Source: Octopus vulgaris
Taxonomy: Eukaryota
Direction: 5' to 3'
Length of the DNA: 64,000 bases
NCBI GenBank assembly: GCA_951406725.2
Contig: OX597824.1
Span: forward strand, 57,970,001 to 58,034,000
Under the pieces are notes generated by a model, which did not search any database, was not told where the DNA came from, and saw only the letters and a program-made list of their open reading frames with translations. This document shows positions 38,494 to 50,157 of the stretch, one piece after another. The first letter of the stretch is position 1. Every line of letters starts with the position of its first letter. A program made the translations under genes and the position numbers.

Positions 38494-39130
38494 TCTATAT
38501 ATATAAAACTGTAGTTGTGTGAGTGTCTGTCCCCTTCGATTTAGATTCCTAACTACTCCCACATTTTGCGGTACAGTTTAACCAAATTCGGGTAGCTTAT
38601 AGTCGTGATTCATATCGAGCCCGTCTGAATATTAGCGCGCGTCTACGATGAGTCTACGATTTTAAAAATAATTTAACATCATTTTTTATTCCATTTTAAT
38701 GCATAATTTTTCGTGTGTCGATGGCGGCGGAGTTGGCGTCCACGCTCACATCTGCACCTGTGGGGAAGGAAGTGTAAGGAAATCAACGTCGTAATGCGTT
38801 GTCAAGGAGACCAGTGTTCTTTTAGAACAACGACTTCATGGCTTCAAGACACCAAAACAGAAATGGCTAAGAAAGCGTCTACATGAGTCTACGATTTAAA
38901 AAAAAATTTACCATCGTTTTTTGTCCATTTTAATGCATTTTTTCGCTATTATATAAGGGAAGTAACTCTCTAAAAATGTCTACGATGAGTCAACGATTTT
39001 TCAAAAAATTTACCATCATATTTTTTCCATTTTTAATGCATTTTTTGCTATTTTTTGGCTATAACTCTCTAAAAATGCTTATATAGTTATTTCCCTTACA
39101 AACCCGAGCAACGCCGGGCGATACTGCTAG
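38494..39130 (+). mobile_element. Complete non-autonomous Helitron (~637 bp)
   Basis: 5' A|TCTATATATATAAAA, 3' hairpin CCCGAGCAACGCCGGG then CTAG|T, and three internal ~65-bp repeats. Confidence 0.88.
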
Positions 39131-39138
39131 TATATATA

Positions 39139-39334
39139 TACAATGAACAACGTAAAAAATAGTAAGAAAAGTCTCATTTTCTTTAATGTTGGGGTGTGGA
39201 TTAACATTCTAATGTGAAAACCCCTGAGACAATATCTGCATAATTCCGTAGACGTGGAGTCACACAACCCACCTCGTTACGCCAATACACATTACACATA
39301 TGCTGAAACAGCTCTGATGAATTAGAGTTCCATG
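39139..39334. repeat. ~195-bp unclassified repeat, copy 1
   Basis: Similar direct copy at 40911-41107. Confidence 0.85.
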
Positions 39335-40492
39335 CGTTTATATATTCACACATACATACATACATACATACATACATACATGCATACATACCACTCAACT
39401 AAGAATCTACTGCATCTTAGAAACAGTTGTAAGCTAATGAAATTCATAGCATAACCTTTTTTCTTTCTTGTGCATGCATGCATATAGTGACAATTTCCTG
39501 TCTATGCTGTGTTTGTGTGTTGTGTGTATGTATGGAATAGACTATCTATTATGTAGACAAAAACTGTAGATTTTCTCTCCCATTCTCTCTTTCTCTCTCT
39601 CTCCACCCTCTACACACAGACATACTTAGTATCAATTTAACAAGGAAGTGAAATGAAGTCACCTGTTCCTTATACAGAAAACTTGTATGGATGTTTCTTT
39701 AGTGGTTGTTATTTATTTTATTTTTATTTCGACTGATACTGGGTTTCATACACATGTGTGGAATTGTGCGCGTGTGTTTGTTTGTGTGTGTGTGTGTGTG
39801 TGTGTGCGTGCGCGCGCGCGTATGTGTATCACAGGAGCTTCTTCTTCTTTCGTCTTCTTTTTCTTCTTCTTTTCTTCTTCTTTTTCTTCTTCCTCTTCTT
39901 CTTCTTCCTCTTCTTCTTCTTCTTCTTCTCCTCCTTCTTATTCTCCTTGCGTTGCGCCTGTGTAAGGAATAGGACTGAAATAAGCTGAAAGGACAACTTC
40001 CTCTTCAGTTAACTCTTCATCGAATACTTCAAGTCCCATTTGGACAGGAAATTCTAGCTGGAGATGGAAGTACACACTCTCTCTCTCTCTCCCTTTCTCA
40101 CTCTCTCTATTTCTCTCTCTCTCTCTCTCTCTCTTTCACTCTCGCTTCCTCTCTCTCGTCTCTCATTGAATTTGTAAAAAGTGAGTTATGGTGAATGGAT
40201 GCTCTCTATGCATCTGCCTGCAGATTAAAGAATAACAGTTGGGCGAGATGCCCTTGATGGTCAAGGTTTTCCAAAATCTATGGGCTCTTTGCCTAACCCG
40301 AGCAGGAGGTTCTCCTGTATCAGGAGGTCTTCATCACAGTTGTTTTCACACATTTTGAATAAGATATATATAGTTATCTCATTTCAACATCCTCTCCTTT
40401 CTTCCCCTACTATTTCACATGAACCCCCACACAAATTGTAAACTGTTCTTGTAATATTCCCTTGAACTAAAGCCCCTCTAACAAATAAATTA

Positions 40493-40680
40493 AGAGCTGG
40501 CAGACTTGTCGTAAGAACATTTTCCGTTCTGAGTTCAAATTCCACCAAGGTCAACTTCACTTTCCATCCTTTCGGAGTCGATGAAATAAGTACCAGCAGA
40601 GCACTGAGGTCGATGTAACCGACTAACTCCCTCCCCAAAACTTCCAGGCCGTGTGCCAAATTAGAAATGATTATTATTAT
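40493..40680 (+). mobile_element. Meta/MESC-like SINE (short-tail form)
   Basis: GAGCTGGCAGA, GAGTTCAAATTCC and TTTCCATCCTTTCGGAGTCGATGAAATAAGTACC. Confidence 0.8.
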
Positions 40681-40910
40681 TAGTGCTGTTGTTGTCGTCG
40701 TCGGACAAAAAGAAACGTTTAAGACTAATTTTATGATTTTTATTGTTATTTTATCCATTTCTTCATCGCCGACATTTTTATGTCATTCTTTTTCAGATAT
40801 TGAAATCTGACCTTGCCTGCGTTTAACTAAATATTCAATTGAGCATAGATCCGGTTCATGTGCAACCAAATAGAAAAACAAAGCAGTATATTTTTTAAAA
40901 ATAACTTCAC

Positions 40911-41107
40911 TACAAAGAACAAAGTAAAAAAATAGTAAGAAAAGTCTCACTTTTCTTTAATGTTGGGGTGTGGATTAACATTCTAACGTGAAAACCCCTG
41001 AGACAATATCTGCATGATTCCGTAGATGTGGGGTCACCCAAAACACCTGGTCACGCAATACACACTACACATATGCTAAACCACCTCTGATGAATTAGAG
41101 TTTCATG
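40911..41107. repeat. ~195-bp unclassified repeat, copy 2
   Basis: Direct copy of 39139-39334. Confidence 0.85.
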
Positions 41108-41111
41108 TTTA

Positions 41112-41153
<42 letters not shown>

Positions 41154-41174
41154 CATATATGTATACACACATAC

Positions 41175-41205
<31 letters not shown>

Positions 41206-41244
41206 AATCTCACTCTCTCTCTATGTATGTATATATATATATAC

Positions 41245-41414
41245 AAACAAGGACAGAAAAAGGGATCAAGTCGATTACATCTACCCCAGTGCGTAACTGG
41301 TACTTAAATTATCGACCCCGAAAGGATGAAAGGCATAGTCGACCATGGCGGAATTTGAGCTCACAACGTAACGGCAGACGAAAAACGGCTATGCATTTCG
41401 CCCGGCGTGCTAAC
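41245..41414 (-). mobile_element. Meta/MESC-like SINE, truncated
   Basis: Reverse complement of the 13392-13570 body. Confidence 0.8.
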
Positions 41415-41447
41415 GTTACCACCTCAACGTGGTTGTTCTGCATAGAA

Positions 41448-41632
41448 CAGCGTTACAACGCTTTTTAACCCCAGGAGGACGCCTCCTCCAGCTGGTTAAC
41501 GACACAATATCTGTGCCCGATATATTGCAAACAAGGGAGCCCATCTAGCGGCAACAGGATCAGTAGACTAGCTGGTTTCAGGGACTCAGTCTTCCTCATT
41601 TCTATGCAGAACAACCACGTTGAGGTGGTAAC
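41448..41632 (-). mobile_element. ~190-nt repeat unit with a decayed hammerhead (unit 1)
   Basis: Minus strand (A)TGAGGA-AGACTGAGTCCCT-GAAAC-CAGCTA-GTC-TACTG; homologous to 41770-41965. Confidence 0.55.
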
Positions 41633-41880
41633 AACCATTACTTTTCAGCAGAGTTACTATTTACATTTATAGAAATTTTACATCTAGCAACTTTGCTTGT
41701 TATGTGTGTGTGTGTGTGTGTGTGTTTGAAATAAGGTGTATCGCCGCGTCACTATGGCTGTTCCGTAAGAATCGACGTTACTACCGGTTTTTACAGCAAG
41801 GAGGCTTCCTCCGGATGGTTGCCGATACAATCTGCACCTGATATGTATTGAAAGCAGGAGAGTGAAGCCCTACCATCTCC

Positions 41881-41959
41881 TAGCAGGCGGTGGGATCACC
41901 AGATCTTACAGTTTCGGGTTATTTGTGCCCATCGTCAATGGTGAACAACCGTCCGCTAG
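41881..41959 (-). ncRNA. Type I hammerhead with extended stem I, decayed (in repeat unit 2, ~41770-41965)
   Basis: Minus strand TAGCGGACGGT-TGT-TCACCA-TTGACGA-T GGG CACAAATAA CCC-GAAA-CTGTAAG-ATC-TGGTGA-TCCC-ACCGCCTGCTA; C3 is changed to T. Confidence 0.65.
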
Positions 41960-42442
41960 AGATAGCAGTAATTCGTCTGGTTTGCAATGTATAGACAAAA
42001 AAATCAAGCGGCAATCAGTCACTGATCTTGCAACAAAGTAGCTTGTTAGAAAATCTCAATAAGAAATGAGAGTATCAACTATACTGAGAAGTAATGCTTA
42101 TCGCAACATCAATATAGCTGTTCTGTAGGATTCGACATCTTTTACTAGTTGCAGTCATTCTTCGACTCATTTTTTTAAAACCTGTTTCTTATTTACCGAT
42201 CGCTTTTATTTATTTATTGTTTTGACGAACCGCTACGATACTGAGACAAATATAAAGAATATAGATATGTACACACACACACACGTGTTGTTGACGTCTA
42301 AAGAATTTTATAAACATTCGAGAGAATGGGAACTAATTCTTTTTTTTCTTTTCTTTTTAAATATCTCGAGGCTCACACATAAAGCTGTGAAAGATACCAT
42401 ATAAAGAAGGACTGAAAAGTTCCTTTGGATAAAATAGGACTG

Positions 42443-42505
<63 letters not shown>

Positions 42506-42684
42506 CATCATCATCATCATCATCATCACCATTATTATTATTGCCGTTGTCGTCGTCGTCGTTGTTGTTGTTGTTACTTAAAACTGTTTCTTTAAATTCC
42601 ATGCGACTTAAAGTTTCGCAGGCTTCTCACAGAAGCCTAGCTCATTCAGTCTCAGTGTACCGATTAGAGACATACAAGAAGTTT

Positions 42685-42830
42685 AAGATGGCTGCCAGAA
42701 ACTGGAATGCTATTGGTCATGGTAGATCACTTGGAAGTAAAATCGACATTTCAGCAACACCCGGTGCATTAGGAAGAAATGGATTGCGTGACAGGATGGG
42801 AAACTATTGCCGACTTGTAGTCCGGCGGGA
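42685..42830. promoter_or_regulatory. Candidate promoter motif cluster
   Basis: YY1-like AAGATGGCTGCC (42685), ATTGG/CCAAT (42712) and reverse GGACTACAA (42815-42823) in a unique, GC-richer island. Confidence 0.3.
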
Positions 42831-43678
42831 GTTCGTGGAGGAATTTTGAAAAGACAGGCTAGCAGTAAAGTGGTCGGGGAGGTTGTGTGTGTCTGTGTAT
42901 ATACCAAATGTACGAGTGGGTGGATGAACGTGTCGGATGTCTATGCGTGTGTTTCAGCTATGCATCTGTGTAAGCTGGCGTGTGGGTGAGAGGTAATGGG
43001 ATCAGCTCGTTGGTGCATATATGCGTTTGCCATGGTGAGCGTACGTATGGGAGCGGGCATATATATATATATGCATGCATGCATGTATGTATTTATGTAT
43101 GCATATATTGTCGTATTGATGCATATATCAAACGAAAAATGTGATTTGAGGTAAAAATAAAAACTGATATAATAATTGATTCCAATTGAAGATTGTAAGT
43201 TCGACAGCATACAGGTAAATATATATATATACCTGTATGCATACATACATACATACATACATATATATATGTGTGTATGTATGTGTGTGTATGTATGTAT
43301 GTATTATGTATGTATGGATGGATGGATGGATGGATGGATGGATGGATGGATGGATGGATGGATGTGTATGTATATGTACGTATATGTGTGTATATATAAA
43401 TAAGTCATAAAGATGTACAGGTGTCAAATCATTGAATTCACACTTGTACGTCTTACTTATTTATGTTCTGTTCACCTAACTTGGAACCTGCACTTTGGAA
43501 ATACTATAAAAAGTACCTGAATTACCAAGAGTGGATATCTTCACGTAGCTGGGTTGCGTTGTCTGCACACACGACAGTAATATTAGGTACAAATAGCCAT
43601 ACACGGAGTCTTGATATTCAGTATTCAATTAATATTGTTGAGGTGTGCAGATTATACCGAATTAGCAAGGTGCCTCAA

Positions 43679-43731
<53 letters not shown>

Positions 43732-43916
43732 GCAAGATTGACTAAACTGGCAAAATGACCATTCCGAAATACAACAATATATATATCTATCAAGAAACAC
43801 ATTCATACTGGTCTTTTCTGTTATGTAATGTACTCGTGCCTCAGTAAGCGGACCAGATTACGTAATAAAGCTCGGTTACTGAAGCATGAGTATATTATAA
43901 AAGGCTGTCCTATATA

Positions 43917-43993
<77 letters not shown>

Positions 43994-43996
<3 letters not shown>

Positions 43997-45261
43997 ACTT
44001 TTCTTTTCTATGACGGATCCCACTGGATCAACAAAAAATCTGTGACCCCCTTCGACGTCAGCATGGGTGCTAACGACTCTGCTGAAATAAGTGACCTAGT
44101 GGGCCTTTTCATCCTCCATAGGCTGAAAACCCTATTCACAGGCCTCTCCGGTGGTCTTTACCGAGATGACGGCCTTTTCGCCCTCCACAATATAAACCCC
44201 AGGACCACGGATGGGTTCCGGAAAAATCTTCACACCTTCTTTAAAAACTTAGGCCTTAGGATTACCCTAGAATCCAACTTAACAAAGGCTAACTTCCTCG
44301 ATGTCACCCTCGACTTAAAAACCTCACTTTATTACCCGTACCACAAACCAAATGAATCCCTTAGATATATAGATATCAATTCCAACCACCCCAAAAATAT
44401 ATTAGATAACCTAGTAAAAAGTGTCTCAATTAGAATCTCTAGCCTGTCCGCCACGGAAGATATCTTTAAGGCCGCAGCCCCCTATTACAACGAGGCCCTG
44501 GCCCGCAGTGGTTTTAAAGATAAGATTACCTACACTAGTATAGCCCCACGCCAACCCAGGAAAAATAGACGAAGACACATTAGCTGGTACAACCCCCCTT
44601 CAACCGTGAGGTCGCTACACCTGTAGCTAAGATCTTTTTCACTCTCCTACAGAAACACTTCCCCACCCAACATAAGTACTACACTATCCTAAATAAGAAC
44701 ACTATTAGACTCTCCTACTCTACCACGCCCAATCTAGCCAGGAACCTAGCCAACAACAATGTGAAAAAACTTAACATATCTACTTTCTCCGGGGCCCATC
44801 CAACGTCCGATAGCAGTTGCAACTGCCATGATAAAACCACCTGCCCCCTCAACAACAACTGCCTACAGAGGGACCTAGTATATAAATGCGAGGTAAGATC
44901 AGGCCTTGACGATAAAAGTAAATCCTACATTGGAATGACGTCAAACAGCTTTAAGACCCGCTGGTACGCACACACACACTCGTTCCGGCGACAGGATAAA
45001 TCCAACCAAACTACCCTCGCCGCCCACATCTGGTACCTTAAAAGGAACTCAATCCCCTTCAAGACCAAGTGGAAACTACTACAGAAGGCGCGCTCGTATA
45101 CAGGAGGACATACCTGCTGTGACCTATGCATATCAGAGAGCCTAGAGATCCTGTTCGCCAAAGGCCCTCTCCTTAACAAATTTTCAGAACACTCCCCAAA
45201 TTGCATGCATAAGAAGTATGCGAACTACAAGAACTATAGACCTACCCGGCAACCTGATTGA
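43994..45261 (+). pseudogene. PLE RT C-terminus plus GIY-YIG endonuclease (Naiad-like), one frameshift near 44595
   Basis: FDVSMGANDSAE, GLYRDDGL, NFLDVTLDL, SNHP, WYNPP/FN, KHFP, CNC..CPL..C, VYKC..YIGMT, CDLCISE, LLNK..E, CMH. Confidence 0.9.
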
Positions 45262-46195
45262 TGACACCCCCCCCCCTACCCCTCCCCCCCCAACCCCACT
45301 GTTCCCCTAGCACCCCCGATTACCTTTTCTCCTAAGACCTTTCACATATTGTATGTGCACGCTTGTATATGTGTATCGTATGTATGTATATATGTATAGA
45401 AATGCATGGGTACAGTAGGAATATACGCATGTATTATGTGTGTGTGTGTGTATGTATGCATGTAAAAATATATATATGTATATATATTTGCATATATGTA
45501 TATATATATATATATATGTATGTGCTTGTATGTGTGTGTGTGTGTATATATGTATGTGTGTTTGTATGTATATGTGTATATACGTATATGCATATGTATG
45601 TGTAAATGTATGTGTTTATGTATGTGTATGTATGTATAAAATATTATATAATTAGGGCTTAGTAAAATAAAATAAATTACTTTGCCACATACTAAACTTT
45701 CTAGAAATAGCAGCCAATAAAGTTTTTTAGCCTCTTCCACTACTTAGAGAATTTTTTTCCCTCTAACATTGTTTACTCAAAATAATAATGGTCCCTTTAC
45801 ATACTGAATACTTGGTGAAATTGATTAATAACTAATTAACTTTACCCTCCCTTGTTGATATATATATATGTATATGTGTACATGTATGTATATATGTGTG
45901 TGTGTGTATGTGTGTATGTATGTATTTGTATATGTGTGTGTGTATATGTATGTGTGCGCGCGTGTGTGTATGTATGTGTATGTATATTTGTATATGTATA
46001 TGCATGTATATATATGTGTGTGTATATGTGTATTATGTATGTATTTATATAGATATGTAATTTTTATATATATATGTATGTATATGCATCTGTCTGTGTG
46101 TGTGTATGTGTATATATGTGTATCATTATTGCGTATGTATACATGTATATGTGTATATGTATGTGTGTGTGTGGGTGTATATATATATATATAGG

Positions 46196-46228
<33 letters not shown>

Positions 46229-46311
46229 ATGTACATGTATATATATATGTGTGTATATGTATATATGTTTATATGTGAGTATGTAGAGATATAAGTATAT
46301 GCATGTGTATA

Positions 46312-46342
<31 letters not shown>

Positions 46343-46508
46343 GTATGGGTATGTGTATCAGTGTATATGTATATATGTATGTGTGTGTGTATGTATATGT
46401 ATGTATATGTGTATATATGTATGTGTATATGTGTATATATGTGTATATATATATATGTATGTATGTGTATGTGTATGTATATGTATGTGTATGTGTATGT
46501 GTATATAT

Positions 46509-46567
<59 letters not shown>

Positions 46568-47056
46568 TGCGCGTGTGTGTATGTATGCATATATGTATGT
46601 ATGCATGTATATGTGTATGTATATATGTGTGTAAGTGTGTGCATATATGTATATGTAAGTATGTGTGCGTGTATGAGTATGTATGTATGCTTGCACACGT
46701 GTATATATATGTGTGTGTGTATATATATGGATGCGCGTGCGTGTGTGCACGTGTATGGGTACGCATGTATATGTGTATGTGCGTGTATGTGTATGTATGC
46801 ATATATGTATGTATGCATGTATATGTGTATGTATATATGTGTGTAAGTGTGTGCATATATGTATATGTAAGTATGTGTGCGTGTATGAGTATGTATGTAT
46901 GCTTGCACACGTGTATATATATGTGTGTGTGTGTATATATATGGATGCACGTGCGTGTGTGCACGTGTATGGGTACGCATGTATATGTGTATGTGCGTGT
47001 ATGTGTATACGTGTATGTATGTATGTGTGTGCGTATATTTGTATATGTATGTGTGA

Positions 47057-47093
<37 letters not shown>

Positions 47094-47297
47094 TGGGTGT
47101 GTGTATGCGTATAAATGCATGTAAGTATGGATGTATGGATGTATGTATGTATGTATACGTATGTATGTGTTTGTGTGTATATGTATGTATGTGTGTGTAT
47201 GTGTGTATATATATATATATATATGTGTGTATATATGTTTGTGTATGTATATATATGTGTATGTATGTGTGTGTATATATATGTGTGTATGTGTATG

Positions 47298-47349
<52 letters not shown>

Positions 47350-47742
47350 TATGTATCTGTATGTAGGAGTATATGTGTGTGTGTGTATGTATATGTGTAT
47401 ATATATATATATGTATATTTATTGGTGTATATGTATAGACTAGCCTCCTAAAGTGTAGACACGAATCTGTAGGTACGAGAACGTATGTGTATATACGTGA
47501 ACGTATGTAGATGTTTGTATGTATGAATATAACGCGTGCGTACGTGTATGTGTATGAGTGTACGAATGGGTGAATGTACGTGCTAATGAGTGTGCGTGCG
47601 GGAATGAGTACTTGCCTTCTAGTAGACAGACAAATGGACATGCTGCCATAGCCAGGATCCTTAGCTCTAGCGATCAAAGATAACAAAAGTAATAAATGAA
47701 GATAATAAAATTAAAATTAGGGAATGGGCCTGTATTGGATTG

Positions 47743-47777
<35 letters not shown>

Positions 47778-47876
47778 GTGTATGTGTAGGTAGGTATAGG
47801 TACACATGTGTATGTGTATGTGTATGTATATGTGTATATGTATGTATGTGCACACATGTATATATATGTATGCGTG

Positions 47877-47918
<42 letters not shown>

Positions 47919-48209
47919 TATGTGTATGTGGGTGTATGTATATATAGGTGTAAATATGTGTATATAGGGAACTAGGTGTGTTGTGTGTGCATGAGTGTAT
48001 GTGCGTATGAATATATATTTTTCTGTGTATATATGTATGTGTGGTCGTGGGTATATATATACATGTGTGTATGCGTGCATGCATGGGAGTGAGTGTATGT
48101 ATATATACGTGTGTGTATGTGTAGACAGGTATATGCATGTGCATGTGTATAAATTTGTATATGTGGGCGGGTGTATGTATGTGTGTATGTAGATATGTAT
48201 GTATATGTG

Positions 48210-48251
<42 letters not shown>

Positions 48252-48602
48252 TATATGTATGTGTGTAGATACGTATACATATGTGTATAGGTATAAGTGA
48301 GAATCTCCTTATTTACCTATAACTCTATCCCCCCTTTTTTTTATATATATATTTTTTTATATATATATTTTTTATATATATTTTTTATTTTTTATTTTTT
48401 TATTTTTTTATTTTTTAATTTTTTTTTTTTTTTATTTTTTTATTTTTTTATTTATCTATTCTTTCATCTAACTTACCACTGACTCCTTGACCACTCCCCC
48501 AAGTATGATATTTTGCGCTATGCCTACCCCCAAAAAAGTCCCCCACCACCACTCCTTTAAACCTGCCTAAATGTATAAATGCTAATACAATTCTTGTTAA
48601 AT

Positions 48603-48653
48603 AGCTTCCTGAAGATTTCTCTTGAATGAAACAGTACTAGTCCTGTAGAAGCT
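48603..48653 (+). ncRNA. Type I hammerhead ribozyme
   Basis: AGCTTC-CTGAAGA-T TTC TCTT GAA T-GAAACAG-TACTAGTC-CTGTA-GAAGCT: stem I 6 bp, stem III 4 bp, GUA site at 48645-48647. Confidence 0.88.
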
Positions 48654-49053
48654 CCTTCTATATAATAAATTAATTTTACTCTGCTATGTATTGAGTACCT
48701 TACTTACTGTGGTTAACCCCGAATCAACCCGGGACCTACATATATATATATATATATATATATACATACATACATACATACATACATACATACGTAAAAT
48801 TAATTAAAGTGACAAAGGGAAAAAATTGTATCATTAGGTTACAGGTGTTTCAGCTAAAAGATGCAATGCGCTCATAATTGAATGTTTGTGTATCACAATA
48901 TAGCTTCATTGGAGCTTCAGATATGACGTTCTTTTGTCATTTTAAATACTCATTTCTGCTCTGTTTTCTACTGACGCTTTATTCTCGGCCATATGGATAT
49001 TGAGTTCTAACATCAGAGCTATGCTTAATCAAAATAATAATTATTATGATAAT

Positions 49054-49108
<55 letters not shown>

Positions 49109-49130
49109 GTAATAACAACAACAACAATGA

Positions 49131-49176
<46 letters not shown>

Positions 49177-49639
49177 GTATATATATATTTATACGTATGT
49201 ATATAAATATATATGCATAAGTAAATATATAAAGACACACACCTTACACAAACGCAAATATAAATGTATTGATGTGTATGTATAAGTGTACATACGCATA
49301 AATACACAGACATTTACTTGGTCAGTGCGTTTATCCCTTATATTTACACATTCTTTATTCAGGAAATGCTATAGAGTCACGAAATTGCCAGGGATCAACA
49401 CCACAGTCCATAAACCATTTAAAAGGATTTCCTAACAGTCAGTAATGAATGTTTTGTTTACCTTATTTTATATTTTTGCTTGTATTTATTCTTATATCGG
49501 GGTAGGCGTTATTTTCCAAAAGTATTTATTATAATTTTATAAATTTATCATGAGATAATTTCAGATAAATTTTGTTTTCATTCGTTTTTATATTGTTTGA
49601 TTTCCATAGATTTGATCATTTTATGTTATACAAAACTTT

Positions 49640-49780
49640 TTGTGGCTGTGTGGTAATAGATTTCCTTCCCACTCAGTCTCACTGCGTAACACCTTGAGCA
49701 GATGTCCTCTAATATGGCCTGGGGCCGACCAAAGCTTAATGAGTGGAATTGGCTTACTGATACCGAAAGAAGCCCATCAT
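49640..49780 (+). mobile_element. Decayed CORE-like SINE 5' half
   Basis: TGTGGCTGTGTGGTAA...GGCCGACCAAAGC...GAAAGAAGCCC. Confidence 0.65.
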
Positions 49781-49786
49781 AAATGA

Positions 49787-50156
49787 TGAGGGCGTCCCTC
49801 AAGAATCACCGGATACCTGGACCCGGCCATCCTAAAAAAATCTGGGAACACCAGATCATCGGCTGATTGGGTCCACAGGGTCAAAACTGCTTTTGACCCC
49901 ACCCAATCAGCCGCAGGCATCATTTTAACATTCAAGAGCTTGGCTCCGCTGTCACTCAGACCCCGGCGGGTAGTGTCCTCTATTCACTCGGGCTCTATTC
50001 CGGGTGGCAGCCCAAACACCCAAGCTCTTGTCAATTTCCTCCCACGAAATGTGGGCAGAAACAGAATTTTCTCCCCTTCCAGGGGCTGGTTCGTAAAAGT
50101 GCGAGCCTCCTCAGGGGTATCAAATAGCAACCACACTGTTGCATATTTGACACCTC
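49787..50156 (+). other. Unassigned GC-rich segment of consecutive stem-loops (candidate structured RNA)
   Basis: About nine back-to-back hairpins identifiable by eye, several with G-U pairs that form only on the + strand. Confidence 0.55.
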
Positions 50157-50157
50157 G

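Larger units (their letters stand above)
43994..48740 (+). mobile_element. 5'-truncated Naiad-type Penelope-like element with a microsatellite-inflated 3' region
   Basis: RT/EN ORF, then ~3.5 kb of low-complexity sequence with unique islands, ending in a same-strand hammerhead; (TA)n at both ends. The 3' extent is inferred. Confidence 0.65.

Noticed and set aside
38641-39042. CRISPR-like repeat-spacer pattern
   Set aside because: Eukaryotic context, ~65-bp degenerate units with irregular spacing inside a Helitron, and no cas genes.
39298-39334. GAAAC and CTGATGA close together in the 195-bp repeat
   Set aside because: Order and spacing leave no room for hammerhead stems I and III or a cleavage triplet.
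39139-41107. LTR retrotransposon or TRIM defined by the two direct repeats
   Set aside because: No TG..CA termini, PBS, PPT or TSD; the interior is microsatellites and a SINE.
44761-45261. Selenocysteine recoding, as reported for some Naiad PLEs
   Set aside because: The conserved Cys positions here are TGC/TGT, with no in-frame TGA before the terminal stop.
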